64,000 nucleotides of DNA from positions 1 through 64,000 of the IMG/VR virus record IMGVR_UViG_3300044694_000062; one strand, given 5' to 3'. The position numbers were made by a program, and so were the translations under genes. Of this stretch, positions 27,951 to 37,239 are shown piece by piece; within the stretch, counting starts at the first letter, position 1; each line of letters starts with the position of its first letter. Under the pieces are notes generated by a model. That model was not told the DNA's origin, made no database searches, and saw only the letters and a program-made list of their open reading frames with translations. The stretch comes from an uncultured virus (IMG/VR IMGVR_UViG_3300044694_000062). Taxonomy: Duplodnaviria; Heunggongvirae; Uroviricota; Caudoviricetes.

Positions 27951-28493
27951 TTAGGGTTGAGGGATAAGGACGGTCCCAAGGGAAGCCAGCGGCGCCAAGT
28001 TCACGCCGAAACCGAAGATCGCACTGCCGTGACTGGCGGCTTCCTGCCGACGGTTCTCGCGCAAAACGCCGAAGCGGAGCCGCGCCTGCACCAGCAGCAC
28101 CGATGTGCACGATGCCAGAGCGCGCTGAAAAACGCGCGTCTCCGTGTGCGATGGGATGAGGAGCACGACGCGACGATGCTCACCTTCCGTGATGCAGCGC
28201 TCGACCCACCGGTTGCGAGCCTCGCCATACGGCGGATTGCAAAAAACCGTTGGTGCATCCCATGGCAGCGTGCAGCCGTCCATCGGCAGGTGGTAGAACT
28301 GCAGCGCTCCGGTCGGGTTGTCGGGCTCAGTACACGGGTCCAGGCCAATACCGCCCAGCAGTTCGCGAATCGGCTCCAGCACATAGCTGGGCGTCAGCAT
28401 GGCCTGGCGCGCGTGATGATCCGGGCGCCGACGCTTCTCGTTGTCGAATCGGTGGGCGGCTCGCGACGCATTCGGTTGAAGGTTCGTGCTCAT
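27951..28493 (-). CDS. Phage Dam-like N6-adenine methyltransferase
   Basis: LTP, LDPC, VFCNPPY and LLIPSHTET. Confidence 0.85.
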   Translation of the reverse strand: MSTNLQPNASRAAHRFDNEKRRRPDHHARQAMLTPSYVLEPIRELLGGIGLDPCTEPDNPTGALQFYHLPMDGCTLPWDAPTVFCNPPYGEARNRWVERCITEGEHRRVVLLIPSHTETRVFQRALASCTSVLLVQARLRFGVLRENRRQEAASHGSAIFGFGVNLAPLASLGTVLIPQP

Positions 28494-28600
28494 TTTCGAT
28501 TGGTTTTGCGCCCGACCTGCGCCCGGCGCCGCGCGGCATCAGCCGCAAACCCGCGCCGTTACTGCGTTTGCGCGGCCTAAAGAACAGACTAAGAATCAGC

Positions 28601-28939
28601 TCACGGCATTTTTGACCCGCCCGAGGCCTCCTCGACCACGTACTCGCTCGGGCACTCGGGCCGCGGCTCCGGGTTTGGCACGCAGCGCAGCCCGGCGTTC
28701 TTGCCGGTGCGCAGCGCCGTGCCGCACGCACAGATCGACTCCGGCCGTGTGCTCAGCTTCTCCATGCCGCAGTTGCTGCAGCGGTACAGGGTCTCGCCGG
28801 CGTGCGGCCGCGACAGGATCCGGCCGAAGCAGTTGCGGCAGCAGTGCGGCACGAGCCGCCAGCTGCCGGATGCCTCGCCGTGGGCGCTGGCGGGCTCGCT
28901 GGGCCGTTTTTCGGCCAGGGGTGAGGCGCCGGTAGCCAT
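28601..28939 (-). CDS. Cys-rich Zn-binding protein
   Basis: CRNCFGRIL, CSNCG and ICACG. Confidence 0.65.
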   Translation of the reverse strand: MATGASPLAEKRPSEPASAHGEASGSWRLVPHCCRNCFGRILSRPHAGETLYRCSNCGMEKLSTRPESICACGTALRTGKNAGLRCVPNPEPRPECPSEYVVEEASGGSKMP

Positions 28940-28943
28940 CCGG

Positions 28944-29495
28944 TCACCAGAGGCTCAGCTGGGCCGCCCGCGGCGCCTGCGCCTTGAACGCGAAGCGCAC
29001 CCGGTCCTGGCTGTCGCGCAGCGCGGCCACCACGAGCTCGGTGGTGTCCATCGTCAGCGGGCTTGCCAGGGTGGTCAGCACCCGGCCGGCCAGGAACCAG
29101 ATGCGCCGGGGCTGCAGCGGTGCGATGCGCGTCGGCGCCGTGCCCTTGGCGTTCTTGCCGCGGATCACCTCGCGCTGCCGGTTGTAGCAGCTGACGCAGT
29201 GCATGCCGTGGATCAGCCGCTCGGCGCCGCGGTGGCAGCGCGCGCAGGTGGGCGTGCCCTTCAGCGCGCTCATGCTCGCCAGGCGCTCGCCGGCGTGCTC
29301 AGCACCCAGCGGGCAGCACCGGCAGCCCAGGCGGCTTTCGATGTTCTCGTGATTGGCCTGGCGCCACATTTCGGCGCAGGCCTCCGTGCTCAGCGTTGCG
29401 CGCTGACGATCGCACCGGAAATGCAGCTTTCCCGGCACGAGTTGCATGTACTCGACCATTGCGACTGGTCCCCCAACCCGACGAGGTAGGGGCAT
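28944..29495 (-). CDS. Cys-rich hypothetical protein
   Basis: CRCCPLG, CARC and CVSCYNRQRE; start uncertain (29459 or 29495). Confidence 0.6.
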   Translation of the reverse strand: MPLPRRVGGPVAMVEYMQLVPGKLHFRCDRQRATLSTEACAEMWRQANHENIESRLGCRCCPLGAEHAGERLASMSALKGTPTCARCHRGAERLIHGMHCVSCYNRQREVIRGKNAKGTAPTRIAPLQPRRIWFLAGRVLTTLASPLTMDTTELVVAALRDSQDRVRFAFKAQAPRAAQLSLW

Positions 29496-29559
29496 TTTGC
29501 CTCATATTTGATGATCCGTGTAAAGGCTTCGGAAGTATTTGCGTGAACTGCGATAGTGA

Positions 29560-29960
29560 CCACTGACTTTCCGTGAACTCCTACCCGGTAACCCACAGGA
29601 ACCACGGGTAACCAAATCAAGGTTACCGATTTTTTTGTTTGCTGACGCGGACTTAGCTCGCTCTAGTAGTAGTAGTAACCAAGTAACCAACAATCATTCA
29701 TCATCATCGTGTGCGCATGCACGCGCGTGCGCTCGCACACATGCACGCACACACATGCACGCACACACACATGATGGAGCGGTGGGGGAAAACTGGTTAC
29801 CGGTTCCAGATCCGCCGAATCGTTATGAATCAACAACTTAGCGGAAACCGGCCCGAGTTACGGTAACCGGCCACGGTTTCTGTAACCATAGTCCGGTAAC
29901 CGCGCTTGGTTACCGCTAAGTTGTTGTCACGCAATGAGAATTCAGATCGGTAACCAGAGA
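29560..29960. repeat. Candidate replication origin (GTAACC/GGTTAC iterons, IHF-like site, RY tract)
   Basis: About 12 copies of (G)GTAACC in both orientations; AATCAACAACTTA fits the IHF consensus WATCAANNNNTTR; inverted repeat CAACAACTTAGCGG/CCGCTAAGTTGTTG; non-coding. Confidence 0.65.
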
Positions 29961-29988
29961 TGATCAGGCCCACCGGAAGGATCCGATC

Positions 29989-30012
29989 AAGAAAAAAGGC
30001 CCCGAAGGGCCT
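29989..30012 (-). terminator. Intrinsic terminator
   Basis: AGGCCC-TTCG-GGGCCT followed by TTTTTCTT. Confidence 0.8.
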
Positions 30013-30052
30013 GGAAACCGGCAGGGTTGCCGGAGGGAGGGAGTCGAGCCCG

Positions 30053-30358
30053 TCAGTTCACGAAAAGGATCGTCCCGTGGTCCACCAGCTCCACCAGCGC
30101 ATCCACCTGCCGCCCAGCGTGGTCGAGGTACAGGTTGCGCAACGCGCGCACCGCGGCCTCCCGCGACAGGTAGATGAAGCCGTCCAGATGCCGCTCGTCC
30201 TCGAACCGCAGCCGATGACCATCGTGCGCAGCATTCGGGTTCAGAAACGTGGCCGCCGGCGCCTTGATGTGCACGCGCAGCGCGATGCGCTGGCCCGCCC
30301 GGGCGCGCCGGATGCGCCGACAGGCCTCGTCGAGCGTGACGCGGGTGGTGTCGCTCAT
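30053..30358 (-). CDS. Hypothetical protein
   Basis: Operon-packed ORF with GAGG RBS. Confidence 0.55.
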   Translation of the reverse strand: MSDTTRVTLDEACRRIRRARAGQRIALRVHIKAPAATFLNPNAAHDGHRLRFEDERHLDGFIYLSREAAVRALRNLYLDHAGRQVDALVELVDHGTILFVN

Positions 30359-30804
30359 AGCGCGCCTCGCAAGACCAGCAGCAGGGAAACCCAGGCGTTC
30401 ATGCCATCGAACGACACGCGATTGCGCCCGGACGCACCATCCTCCCAGGCTTGCATCGCGAGTTCCTTCGCGCAGCGCGCGATGGCGAGATCGCGCGGCG
30501 ACCGGCGCTTGGCCGCGGGCACGTTCACCCAGCTCGCATACTCTGCCTCGGCCGCCTCGCGCCGCGCCAGCCACGTAGCCTCGTCGTCGCGGAACTCGAT
30601 CCGCTGCACGTAGAAGCGGATATCCAACACACCGAACCGCCTATGCCCGGCCTCCAGCGCATCGAAGTAGCCAGAATGCACGCTCACCAGCGCGAACGGA
30701 TCGACGGTCACCAGCGCATAGCTGCCCGGCGGGTGCTGGTGTACGAGCTCGCGCGCCAGGCGAAGCCACTGCGCGAAGAAGGCGTTCGCGTCGAGAGTGC
30801 TCAT
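30355..30804 (-). CDS. Hypothetical protein
   Basis: ATGA overlap with the downstream gene. Confidence 0.55.
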   Translation of the reverse strand: MSTLDANAFFAQWLRLARELVHQHPPGSYALVTVDPFALVSVHSGYFDALEAGHRRFGVLDIRFYVQRIEFRDDEATWLARREAAEAEYASWVNVPAAKRRSPRDLAIARCAKELAMQAWEDGASGRNRVSFDGMNAWVSLLLVLRGAL

Positions 30805-30868
30805 GACGCACCCCCGACCGCCTGCTTGGCGCCGATCAGCCGGCGCGCCACTTCGGTTGCGATGCTAC

Positions 30869-31246
30869 TCATCGCAGGGCCTCGCGCTCGCGCTGCAGCT
30901 GCGCGATCATGCCGTCGAGCTTGCTCAGGCCGTCCTCGAAAGCCTCGCGGCCGGTGTTGCCGCTTCCAACCACCTGGCGCTCGCCGTTGATGAATGCGGT
31001 GTAGGAGCGCACCCGTCCACCGATGATGTTGGCGTGCACGGAAGCGTGCGCCTTGTCCGCGCTATAGTGCCAGCCCATGTTTTCCCACACGCGCGCTCTC
31101 CAGCCCTCGCCGAGCTCTGCCGCCATGGCAGTGGCCTCCTGCAGCGCTTTGTCATAGTCCGCACGCTTGCACCTGCAGCCGCACGCCGGCGAGCAGTAGA
31201 TCCCGCCGGGCTGCTCGCGCGGCATCCAGTCTCTTTTGTCTGCCAT
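30869..31246 (-). CDS. Hypothetical phage protein (YCSPACGCRC, VWENMGWHY)
   Basis: RBS supplied by the intergenic repeat. Confidence 0.7.
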   Translation of the reverse strand: MADKRDWMPREQPGGIYCSPACGCRCKRADYDKALQEATAMAAELGEGWRARVWENMGWHYSADKAHASVHANIIGGRVRSYTAFINGERQVVGSGNTGREAFEDGLSKLDGMIAQLQREREALR

Positions 31247-31304
31247 AGCCTCTCCATCAGGTTGCACTCGGACCCGCAGCGCGCCACGGGCCCGGCTGCA
31301 GCCG

Positions 31305-31526
31305 TCATCGACTCAGCGCGTGCGCCAGGTGCCGAGCGTAGGTGGCGACAGCTCGCCAGTACGCGGCCATCGGACCTTTGCGCTTCTTCCAGGACTGCTC
31401 GGCCAGACGATCAGCATCGGCGCGGAGCTCGCGCAGCAGCTGCTCGATCACCGCGCGCTGGTCGGCCGGCAGTTCCAGCAGCTTCTGCGCTGCGGGCAGT
31501 TTCAGCAGAGGGTTGACGTAGCCCAT
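31305..31526 (-). CDS. Hypothetical phage protein (WKKRKGPMAAYWRA)
   Basis: TGATG coupling; the stop lies inside the repeat. Confidence 0.7.
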   Translation of the reverse strand: MGYVNPLLKLPAAQKLLELPADQRAVIEQLLRELRADADRLAEQSWKKRKGPMAAYWRAVATYARHLAHALSR

Positions 31527-31786
31527 CAGAGCAGTCGACCCTGCGCCACGCCCGCGGCCTGCTTCTTCAGCGCGTCGGCCTGCTTCAGGAACTCCAGCTG
31601 CTCGGCCAGCATGCGCTCGGCGCCGAGCTGCAGCTGGTGCTGCACCAGGCCGCGGATGCCGGCGGCGCCGTGCCGGCCGTCGGCCAGGCGCTGCAGCTCG
31701 ACGGCCGCGCGCTCGCGGGCCGCGGCGCGCTCCTCCAGGCCGCGCACGGCCGCCTGCAGGGGTGTTTCGTTGTGGTTGGTGGGCAT
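31526..31786 (-). CDS. Hypothetical protein
   Basis: RBS from repeat copy 2. Confidence 0.65.
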   Translation of the reverse strand: MPTNHNETPLQAAVRGLEERAAARERAAVELQRLADGRHGAAGIRGLVQHQLQLGAERMLAEQLEFLKQADALKKQAAGVAQGRLL

Positions 31787-31845
31787 CGTTGCTCCATCGG
31801 GTTGCACTCGCCAGGGCCCCGCGAGGCCCTGCGCGGCTGCAGCCG

Positions 31846-32103
31846 TTAGCTGGCACGCCACCCATCGCGCTGCGTCAGCACCTGGAACTCCCCCGCGGGG
31901 ATCAGCCCGCACCCAGCCGTGTGCTGCGCGCCGACATGCACCATGCGACCGGTGCTGATCTCGGCCGGCGCATCCAGGCAGCCGAGCACCGGCACCAGGT
32001 CGACGCCAGCCACCAGGTACCGATCATCGATCTTCACCAGCGACATCGCCTGCGCGTAGGTGTCGCCGGTGACGTTGCCGGGGTGGTGCTTCAGGTTCAT
32101 CAT
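31846..32103 (-). CDS. Hypothetical protein
   Basis: Bounded exactly by repeat copies 2 and 3. Confidence 0.65.
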   Translation of the reverse strand: MMNLKHHPGNVTGDTYAQAMSLVKIDDRYLVAGVDLVPVLGCLDAPAEISTGRMVHVGAQHTAGCGLIPAGEFQVLTQRDGWRAS

Positions 32104-32154
32104 TCACTCCTCGGGTTGCACGGGCCTGCCCCAAGGCAAAAGCCGCTGCAGCCG

Positions 32155-32412
32155 TCAGGCGATGCGCTCGAACGTCACGCCATTGCGGTGCGCCATCCCG
32201 ATCGCCCAGCGCACGCCGTTCGACCAGATCGAGTCCCCGCGCCCCATGCGCACGCCCATCGGCGCCGGGAACGCATTGGCCGCCAGCTGCCGCCCAAGCT
32301 CGAACGCATACCAGCACGGCGAGGTGGCGAGGTGCGGGTTCTCCACGCGCTCGCCGCCGGTGGCGTAGCCGGCCGCGGCTTCAGGCGTCAGGTCTTGGGG
32401 CTTGCTTGCCAT
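32155..32412 (-). CDS. Hypothetical protein
   Basis: TGATG coupling; the stop lies in repeat copy 3. Confidence 0.6.
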   Translation of the reverse strand: MASKPQDLTPEAAAGYATGGERVENPHLATSPCWYAFELGRQLAANAFPAPMGVRMGRGDSIWSNGVRWAIGMAHRNGVTFERIA

Positions 32413-32834
32413 CACGCGCTCCTCGCACCGGGCTTCGCCAGCCCCGCCGCATAGCCACCGCCCTCGGCCCACAGCTCCAGCGCGGCCTCGTGCTCGATCT
32501 CCTCAGCGCGCGCCTCGTCGCACTTCGCTTCGATCCAGGCGTCGATGTCGACGAACGAGCAGTCGCAGCGCTGAATCCGCGTCGCGCCGCCCGCGATGGC
32601 CGCCGCGATCGCGTCGTCTTCGGTGTCGAAGAAGCGCGCGCCACCAAAGCCGCCGTTGCGCGTCTCGTCCCAGCAGGTCGCGTGGATGGTCCCGACAAAG
32701 TGGAACTTCCCGTGCGCCGGGTTCGGCCGGCCCTTGTGGGTCGGGTGGTTGATCTGCCGCAGCGCGGTCGAGTAGTTGCCCTGCAGCATGCGCATCGCTT
32801 GCGCCATCTCGCTCATCACACTCTCCTTGATCAC
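32412..32834 (-). CDS. Hypothetical protein
   Basis: AAGGAG RBS before an internal start; start uncertain. Confidence 0.6.
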   Translation of the reverse strand: MIKESVMSEMAQAMRMLQGNYSTALRQINHPTHKGRPNPAHGKFHFVGTIHATCWDETRNGGFGGARFFDTEDDAIAAAIAGGATRIQRCDCSFVDIDAWIEAKCDEARAEEIEHEAALELWAEGGGYAAGLAKPGARSA

Positions 32835-33109
32835 ACTGACCAGCCGCCAGGCTGGTCGCTGGGATCACACCCACACGCCGGGCCGCAACTCGCGCTGAGC
32901 GAAGTACCGGAACCCGTTGCCGACCCAGACGCGCAGCTCGCGCCACTTGTTGCCGTCCTGGCCGACCCACTCGGCCACCACGGTGTCGCGCTTCGCTTCC
33001 ATCTCTCACTCCCCCGCGCCAGGCGCCACAAGACCAGCCACCGCACACAGAACCCAGTGCGCGAACTCGATCACCACCTCGACGACCTTCTTCATTTCGA
33101 TCTCCTTTC

Positions 33110-33260
33110 AACAGTTCCGAGTATACGCGAATGGTTCGCCTGTGCGCACAATGCAAAGACACAATGATCATAAAAGATCAACGTCTATATGCTCAAAAAA
33201 GATCATCACTATGCGCACAGACGAACAATCAAGCGTATGATTGGAACTGTCGAAAGGAGG
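33110..33260. promoter_or_regulatory. Divergent early control region with two operators
   Basis: AT-rich strand switch. TGATCATAAAAGATCA (33165-33180) and TGCTCAAAAAAGATCA (33190-33205) are flanked by the inverted repeat GTTCGCCTGTGCGCA/TGCGCACAGACGAAC. Confidence 0.7.
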
Positions 33261-33266
33261 TGTGAG

Positions 33267-33431
33267 ATGGTTGTTGTTGCTGTGATGGCTCCCGCCCGCG
33301 AGGTGGTGATCGCCGAAAGCGCGCTGCGAATCCTGGTCCCCCTGGCCGCCGCGGCGGTCGGCGCGAAGAAGGCTGCTGTCGAGGCGCTGGTCGCGAAGTA
33401 CAAGGCGGTGCTGGCGGGAGGTGCGAAGTGA
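33267..33431 (+). CDS. Small hypothetical protein
   Basis: AAAGGAGGT RBS. Confidence 0.6.
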   Translation: MVVVAVMAPAREVVIAESALRILVPLAAAAVGAKKAAVEALVAKYKAVLAGGAK

Positions 33432-33610
33432 GCGCGGGCGGCGCGCTAGGACGTTACTGGGGCAGCGCTGAGCGCGCGGTGATGGTCGAGTTCGACGACT
33501 GCGTGCGCAACGAGTTCCACTGGGCTGACGGCGCCATGGTCTACCAGCTGCACGACACGAAAGACGAAGCGCTGGAGCAAATGCGGCGCCTCGGGTTCGC
33601 AGTCAGCTGA
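33428..33610 (+). CDS. Small hypothetical protein
   Basis: GGAGGT RBS; GTGA overlap. Confidence 0.6.
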   Translation: MSAGGALGRYWGSAERAVMVEFDDCVRNEFHWADGAMVYQLHDTKDEALEQMRRLGFAVS

Positions 33611-33663
33611 TTCCAGCCGCGGCGCCAGAGCACTGTGAGTGTGATAAACGACAGGAGAACGCG

Positions 33664-34179
33664 ATGCTCTACATGCGACTGAACGAAGCCCTCGAAGTGG
33701 TCGAGCTCGCCAGCGACCGCAAGGCCGTGATGGCGATCTGCAACGCCAGCGACACCGGTGCGCAGTGGGCTCGCCAGCCGATCGGCGGAAAGTGGAACGA
33801 GCGCTACAGCAACGGCAAGATCGGCGCCGGCTGGCTGAACCGCAACGATATCGAGACGTTCGAGTTCGCGCAGCAGCTGGCCGCCAGCGCCAGCAAGCTG
33901 GGCAAGCGCGACTACCTGGCGACCGACGCCGGAACCGGCTGCTCGCCGCGCTACGACGTGATCGAGGCGCCGATGGTGGGCGACGAGGTGAGCTACGGCT
34001 TCAACGGCGACTACTACCCGGACGGCAAGATCACCAAGGTGAGCGAGAGCTACAACACGATCACCACCAGCACGGGCAGCACCTACCGCCGCAGCGGCGA
34101 CACCGGCTGCTGGAAGAAGCCAGGCGGCACCTGGAGCCTGGTGCGCGGCCACTTCAACGAGCGCAACCCGAGCTTCTAA
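33664..34179 (+). CDS. Hypothetical phage protein
   Basis: AGGAG RBS; strong codon bias. Confidence 0.75.
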   Translation: MLYMRLNEALEVVELASDRKAVMAICNASDTGAQWARQPIGGKWNERYSNGKIGAGWLNRNDIETFEFAQQLAASASKLGKRDYLATDAGTGCSPRYDVIEAPMVGDEVSYGFNGDYYPDGKITKVSESYNTITTSTGSTYRRSGDTGCWKKPGGTWSLVRGHFNERNPSF

Positions 34180-34246
34180 CCACTCGGCTGCGATGGCAGC
34201 CGCAAGCCCCGAGGCTTGCGCTTGTCACCACCCCCCAGGAGGCCAC

Positions 34247-34465
34247 GTGCCAGCAGCGAAGAAAGCACCGAAGGAATCATCCAGCTTCAAGATCGACAAC
34301 AACGGTGTGCAGGTCAGTTTCAGGTGCGAAGGAAGCGTTGTCGGCGGCATCGTCGAGGCCTCCACGTGGATGCCGCCCGATCGCCGGCAGCGCCTGATCG
34401 AGCGCTTGCAGGCCAAGCACCAGGAGCTGCTGGAGAAGGAAGCCCGGCGCGCTGCGGCCGCCTGA
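34247..34465 (+). CDS. Hypothetical protein
   Basis: AGGAGG RBS; GTG start. Confidence 0.6.
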   Translation: MPAAKKAPKESSSFKIDNNGVQVSFRCEGSVVGGIVEASTWMPPDRRQRLIERLQAKHQELLEKEARRAAAA

Positions 34466-34506
34466 CCCTCAACCCACCCGGCTCGCCCGGGCCCACTGGA
34501 GATTCT

Positions 34507-34776
34507 ATGCAATCGAAGACCTTCACGCTGCTCGTGACCATCACCGACGATGACGCTGCAGCGACCGCCAACAAGGAGAACATCGAATACCTGGAAGGCC
34601 TGGTGCAACGCGCTCTGGAGGAAGGCGTGCGCGGCTACTCCAGCGTGAGCTCGGCGATGGTCCATGCGTTCGATGGCGACATGACGCTGCCAAGCGGACA
34701 CCCCGCTGTCGGCGACAGGATGCACGCACTGTACCGCGCCAAGATCGCGCACCGCGACCTGCGCGAGGGCCGCTGA
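34507..34776 (+). CDS. Hypothetical protein
   Basis: GGAG RBS. Confidence 0.6.
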   Translation: MQSKTFTLLVTITDDDAAATANKENIEYLEGLVQRALEEGVRGYSSVSSAMVHAFDGDMTLPSGHPAVGDRMHALYRAKIAHRDLREGR

Positions 34777-34844
34777 CCCCAGCCAGCATGCGCCGCGAGT
34801 CGACGCATGCGGGTGGCGTCGTGCCACTTCAACCCCAACACACC

Positions 34845-35177
34845 ATGAAGACCACGAACAAAGGCGTCCTGATGGGCGCTCTGAGCGCAGCGATTGCGAT
34901 GGGAGGAGCTGCGGTGCAGGCCGCCGCGAACATGATTCAGCCGCTCGTGCCGAGCCGGCACAAGAGCCTCGGCAAGGGCAAGCGTCGCAGCGTGACGGGC
35001 AAGAACTATCGCCGCAATGTCGGCCGCCGCTACCCCGAGCAGTCCACCCGCCAGGCCATGCGCCGCCACCGCCGCGCGCAGGGCGGCCCTGGCCTGATGT
35101 TCGATCCCGGCACCGGCAGCTGGGAGCGCCGCCCCGATGGCATCGTCGTCGAGCGGCCGCTGGTCGTGCCGTTCTGA
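34845..35177 (+). CDS. Hypothetical basic protein
   Basis: ORF with good codon usage. Confidence 0.55.
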   Translation: MKTTNKGVLMGALSAAIAMGGAAVQAAANMIQPLVPSRHKSLGKGKRRSVTGKNYRRNVGRRYPEQSTRQAMRRHRRAQGGPGLMFDPGTGSWERRPDGIVVERPLVVPF

Positions 35178-35228
35178 CCCCGCTGCCCGGCCGGCTGCCG
35201 GGCATCCCCTCAACTACCTGGAGAACCT

Positions 35229-36821
35229 GTGCAAACCCGCAACCCCGAGTACGACGCCGCGTTGCATGACGCGGAATACGACACCTTCAGCGCACGCCTG
35301 CGCGAGACCTTCTCCGCGAACGTCGGCACCGGCAAGCCGGTGTTCACGACCGACGTCGACGGCCTGTTCCAGACCTATCTCGATCACCTGCCGCCGGAGC
35401 AGCGCCAGGTCCACAACTGCAACACCTGCCGGCGCTTCTTCGACACCTACGGCGCGCTGGTGACCATCGACGAGGCCGGCCGCATCGCCCCGGCCATGTG
35501 GTCGGTGGACACCGATGCGGTGCCCGAGGCGTACCGCGATGCGGTCGACGCCATGTACCTGCGCGTGCAGCGCGCACCCATCACCGGCGTCTTCTACAGC
35601 GCCGAGCGCCAGTGGGGCACGCCGACCACCGGCGACTGGCACCACCTGCACGTGCTGCCGCCGGCGAGCATGGTCCACAAGGACCGCCTGAAGACGCCCA
35701 GCCAAGCCATGGCCGAGAAGCGCCACGAACACGAGACGCTGCAGCGCGCGCTGGCCGAGTTCACTGTGCCGCACCTGCAGGCAGCCGTGAACCTGCTGAA
35801 GACCGACGCGCTGTACCGTAGCTGGCACGTGCTTGGCGTGGCCGAGTTCCTGCTGAACCTGAAGATGGCGCGCGACAACGCGCCGTCGCGGCCGCAGCGC
35901 GACGCCGGCACCTGGCTGTCGGTCGCCACCGCACCGGCGGGCTTCTGCCATCCGCGCAGCAGCATGATCGGCACGCTGCTCGAAGACCTGGCCGCGGGCC
36001 TGCCGTTCGAGGACGTGGCGGCGAAGTTCAAGGCGAAGATGCACCCGCTGCAGTACCAGCGGCCGCAGGCGGCGCCGCGCGCCGGCAACATCGAGCAGGC
36101 CGAGAAGATCGTCGAAAAGCTGGGCATCGCGCCGGCGCTCAAGCGCCGCTTCGCGCGCCTCGACGACGTGGTGGCCGCGTGGCGCCCGGCCGCACCGGCA
36201 CCGGCCGAGCAGCCGGCTGGCGTGTTCGGCCACCTGAAGTCGCGCGACGCCGCACAGCCGTCCGACCTGCAGGCGCCACCCACCACGATGACCTGGGACA
36301 AGTTCTCGCGCACCGTGCTGCCCGAGGCGCGCTCGATCGAGGTGCTGGTGCCGTCGCATGGCAACTTCGTCGCGCTCACCACGGCCGTCGACGCCGAAGC
36401 CCCGCCGATCCTGCAGTGGGATCGCGATGACCAGCGCAACTCGGTGGCCTGGTACGTCTACAACGGCGGCTCGCGGGCCATCCAGTGGAACCTGCAACCG
36501 GGCTGGGCGAAGGTGAACGCGATCGCGCTGAAGCCGCACCTCTGGCACAGCGAGACCGGCTCGCCGAACCACGAGAAGTCGATCGTCGCGATCATCGACG
36601 GGGCTCGCGATGTCAATGGACCGGCTTCCATGGCTCTGTTCCCCGAGACCCTGAAATCCGAGCTCCACGGCATCCGCTCGACGATCGAAGCGTTCTCGCG
36701 CGCCGGCCGTCTCGAAGGCGCCGAGGAAGCGTCGGCATGCGGCCTCACGGGCTGGGGCATCACGCTGCGCGTCACCGGGCCCACTGGCCGCGCGATCTAC
36801 AAACTGGACCGCTGGGACTGA
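35229..36821 (+). CDS. Large hypothetical phage protein (HNCNTCRRF)
   Basis: 530 aa, GGAG RBS, Cys/His motifs. Confidence 0.75.
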   Translation: MQTRNPEYDAALHDAEYDTFSARLRETFSANVGTGKPVFTTDVDGLFQTYLDHLPPEQRQVHNCNTCRRFFDTYGALVTIDEAGRIAPAMWSVDTDAVPEAYRDAVDAMYLRVQRAPITGVFYSAERQWGTPTTGDWHHLHVLPPASMVHKDRLKTPSQAMAEKRHEHETLQRALAEFTVPHLQAAVNLLKTDALYRSWHVLGVAEFLLNLKMARDNAPSRPQRDAGTWLSVATAPAGFCHPRSSMIGTLLEDLAAGLPFEDVAAKFKAKMHPLQYQRPQAAPRAGNIEQAEKIVEKLGIAPALKRRFARLDDVVAAWRPAAPAPAEQPAGVFGHLKSRDAAQPSDLQAPPTTMTWDKFSRTVLPEARSIEVLVPSHGNFVALTTAVDAEAPPILQWDRDDQRNSVAWYVYNGGSRAIQWNLQPGWAKVNAIALKPHLWHSETGSPNHEKSIVAIIDGARDVNGPASMALFPETLKSELHGIRSTIEAFSRAGRLEGAEEASACGLTGWGITLRVTGPTGRAIYKLDRWD

Positions 36822-36858
36822 TCAACTACCGGCCCGGCAGCCCCGGGCCCAGAACACC

Positions 36859-37239
36859 ATGACCACACAGACCAAGGAAGCCCTGCTTGCGCAGATCGAG
36901 CCGCTGAAGAAGAAGCTGCGCAAGCTGGAGGAGAAGGAAGAAAACGCCCGCGCTGCCGCGTTGGTCGGGAAGTGCTTCACCTACCGCGACACCTATGGAG
37001 GCGACAGCAAGCCGAAGCATTGGCGTGCCTATCTGCGCGTGCTGCGCGCCGATCAAGGCAGCCTCGTTTGCCTCAAGTTCGAGCGACGACCCGGCGGCCT
37101 GACGATCGTCAACGCACGCGAGTACCTCATGCCGCATACCATCGAGAGCTATCAGCGAATCAGCATCGCCGTGTTCAACAACGCCGCGCGCGATCTGATC
37201 GGCGCCATTGGCGATGCGCTGTCGGGGCTTGGATCATGA
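36859..37239 (+). CDS. Hypothetical protein
   Basis: Operon-packed ORF. Confidence 0.6.
   Translation: MTTQTKEALLAQIEPLKKKLRKLEEKEENARAAALVGKCFTYRDTYGGDSKPKHWRAYLRVLRADQGSLVCLKFERRPGGLTIVNAREYLMPHTIESYQRISIAVFNNAARDLIGAIGDALSGLGS

Larger units (their letters stand above)
31252..32157 (-). repeat. Three copies of an intergenic hairpin repeat (31252-31307, 31792-31848, 32107-32157)
   Basis: stop-CGGCTGCAGC-[variable hairpin]-GTGCAACCYGA(T)GGAG-N-ATG. Confidence 0.85.

Noticed and set aside
31252..32157. Integron attC sites
   Set aside because: The repeats lack the RYYYAAC...GTTRRRY core ends, and the integrase is a phage arm-binding type rather than IntI. Kept as an unclassified repeat.
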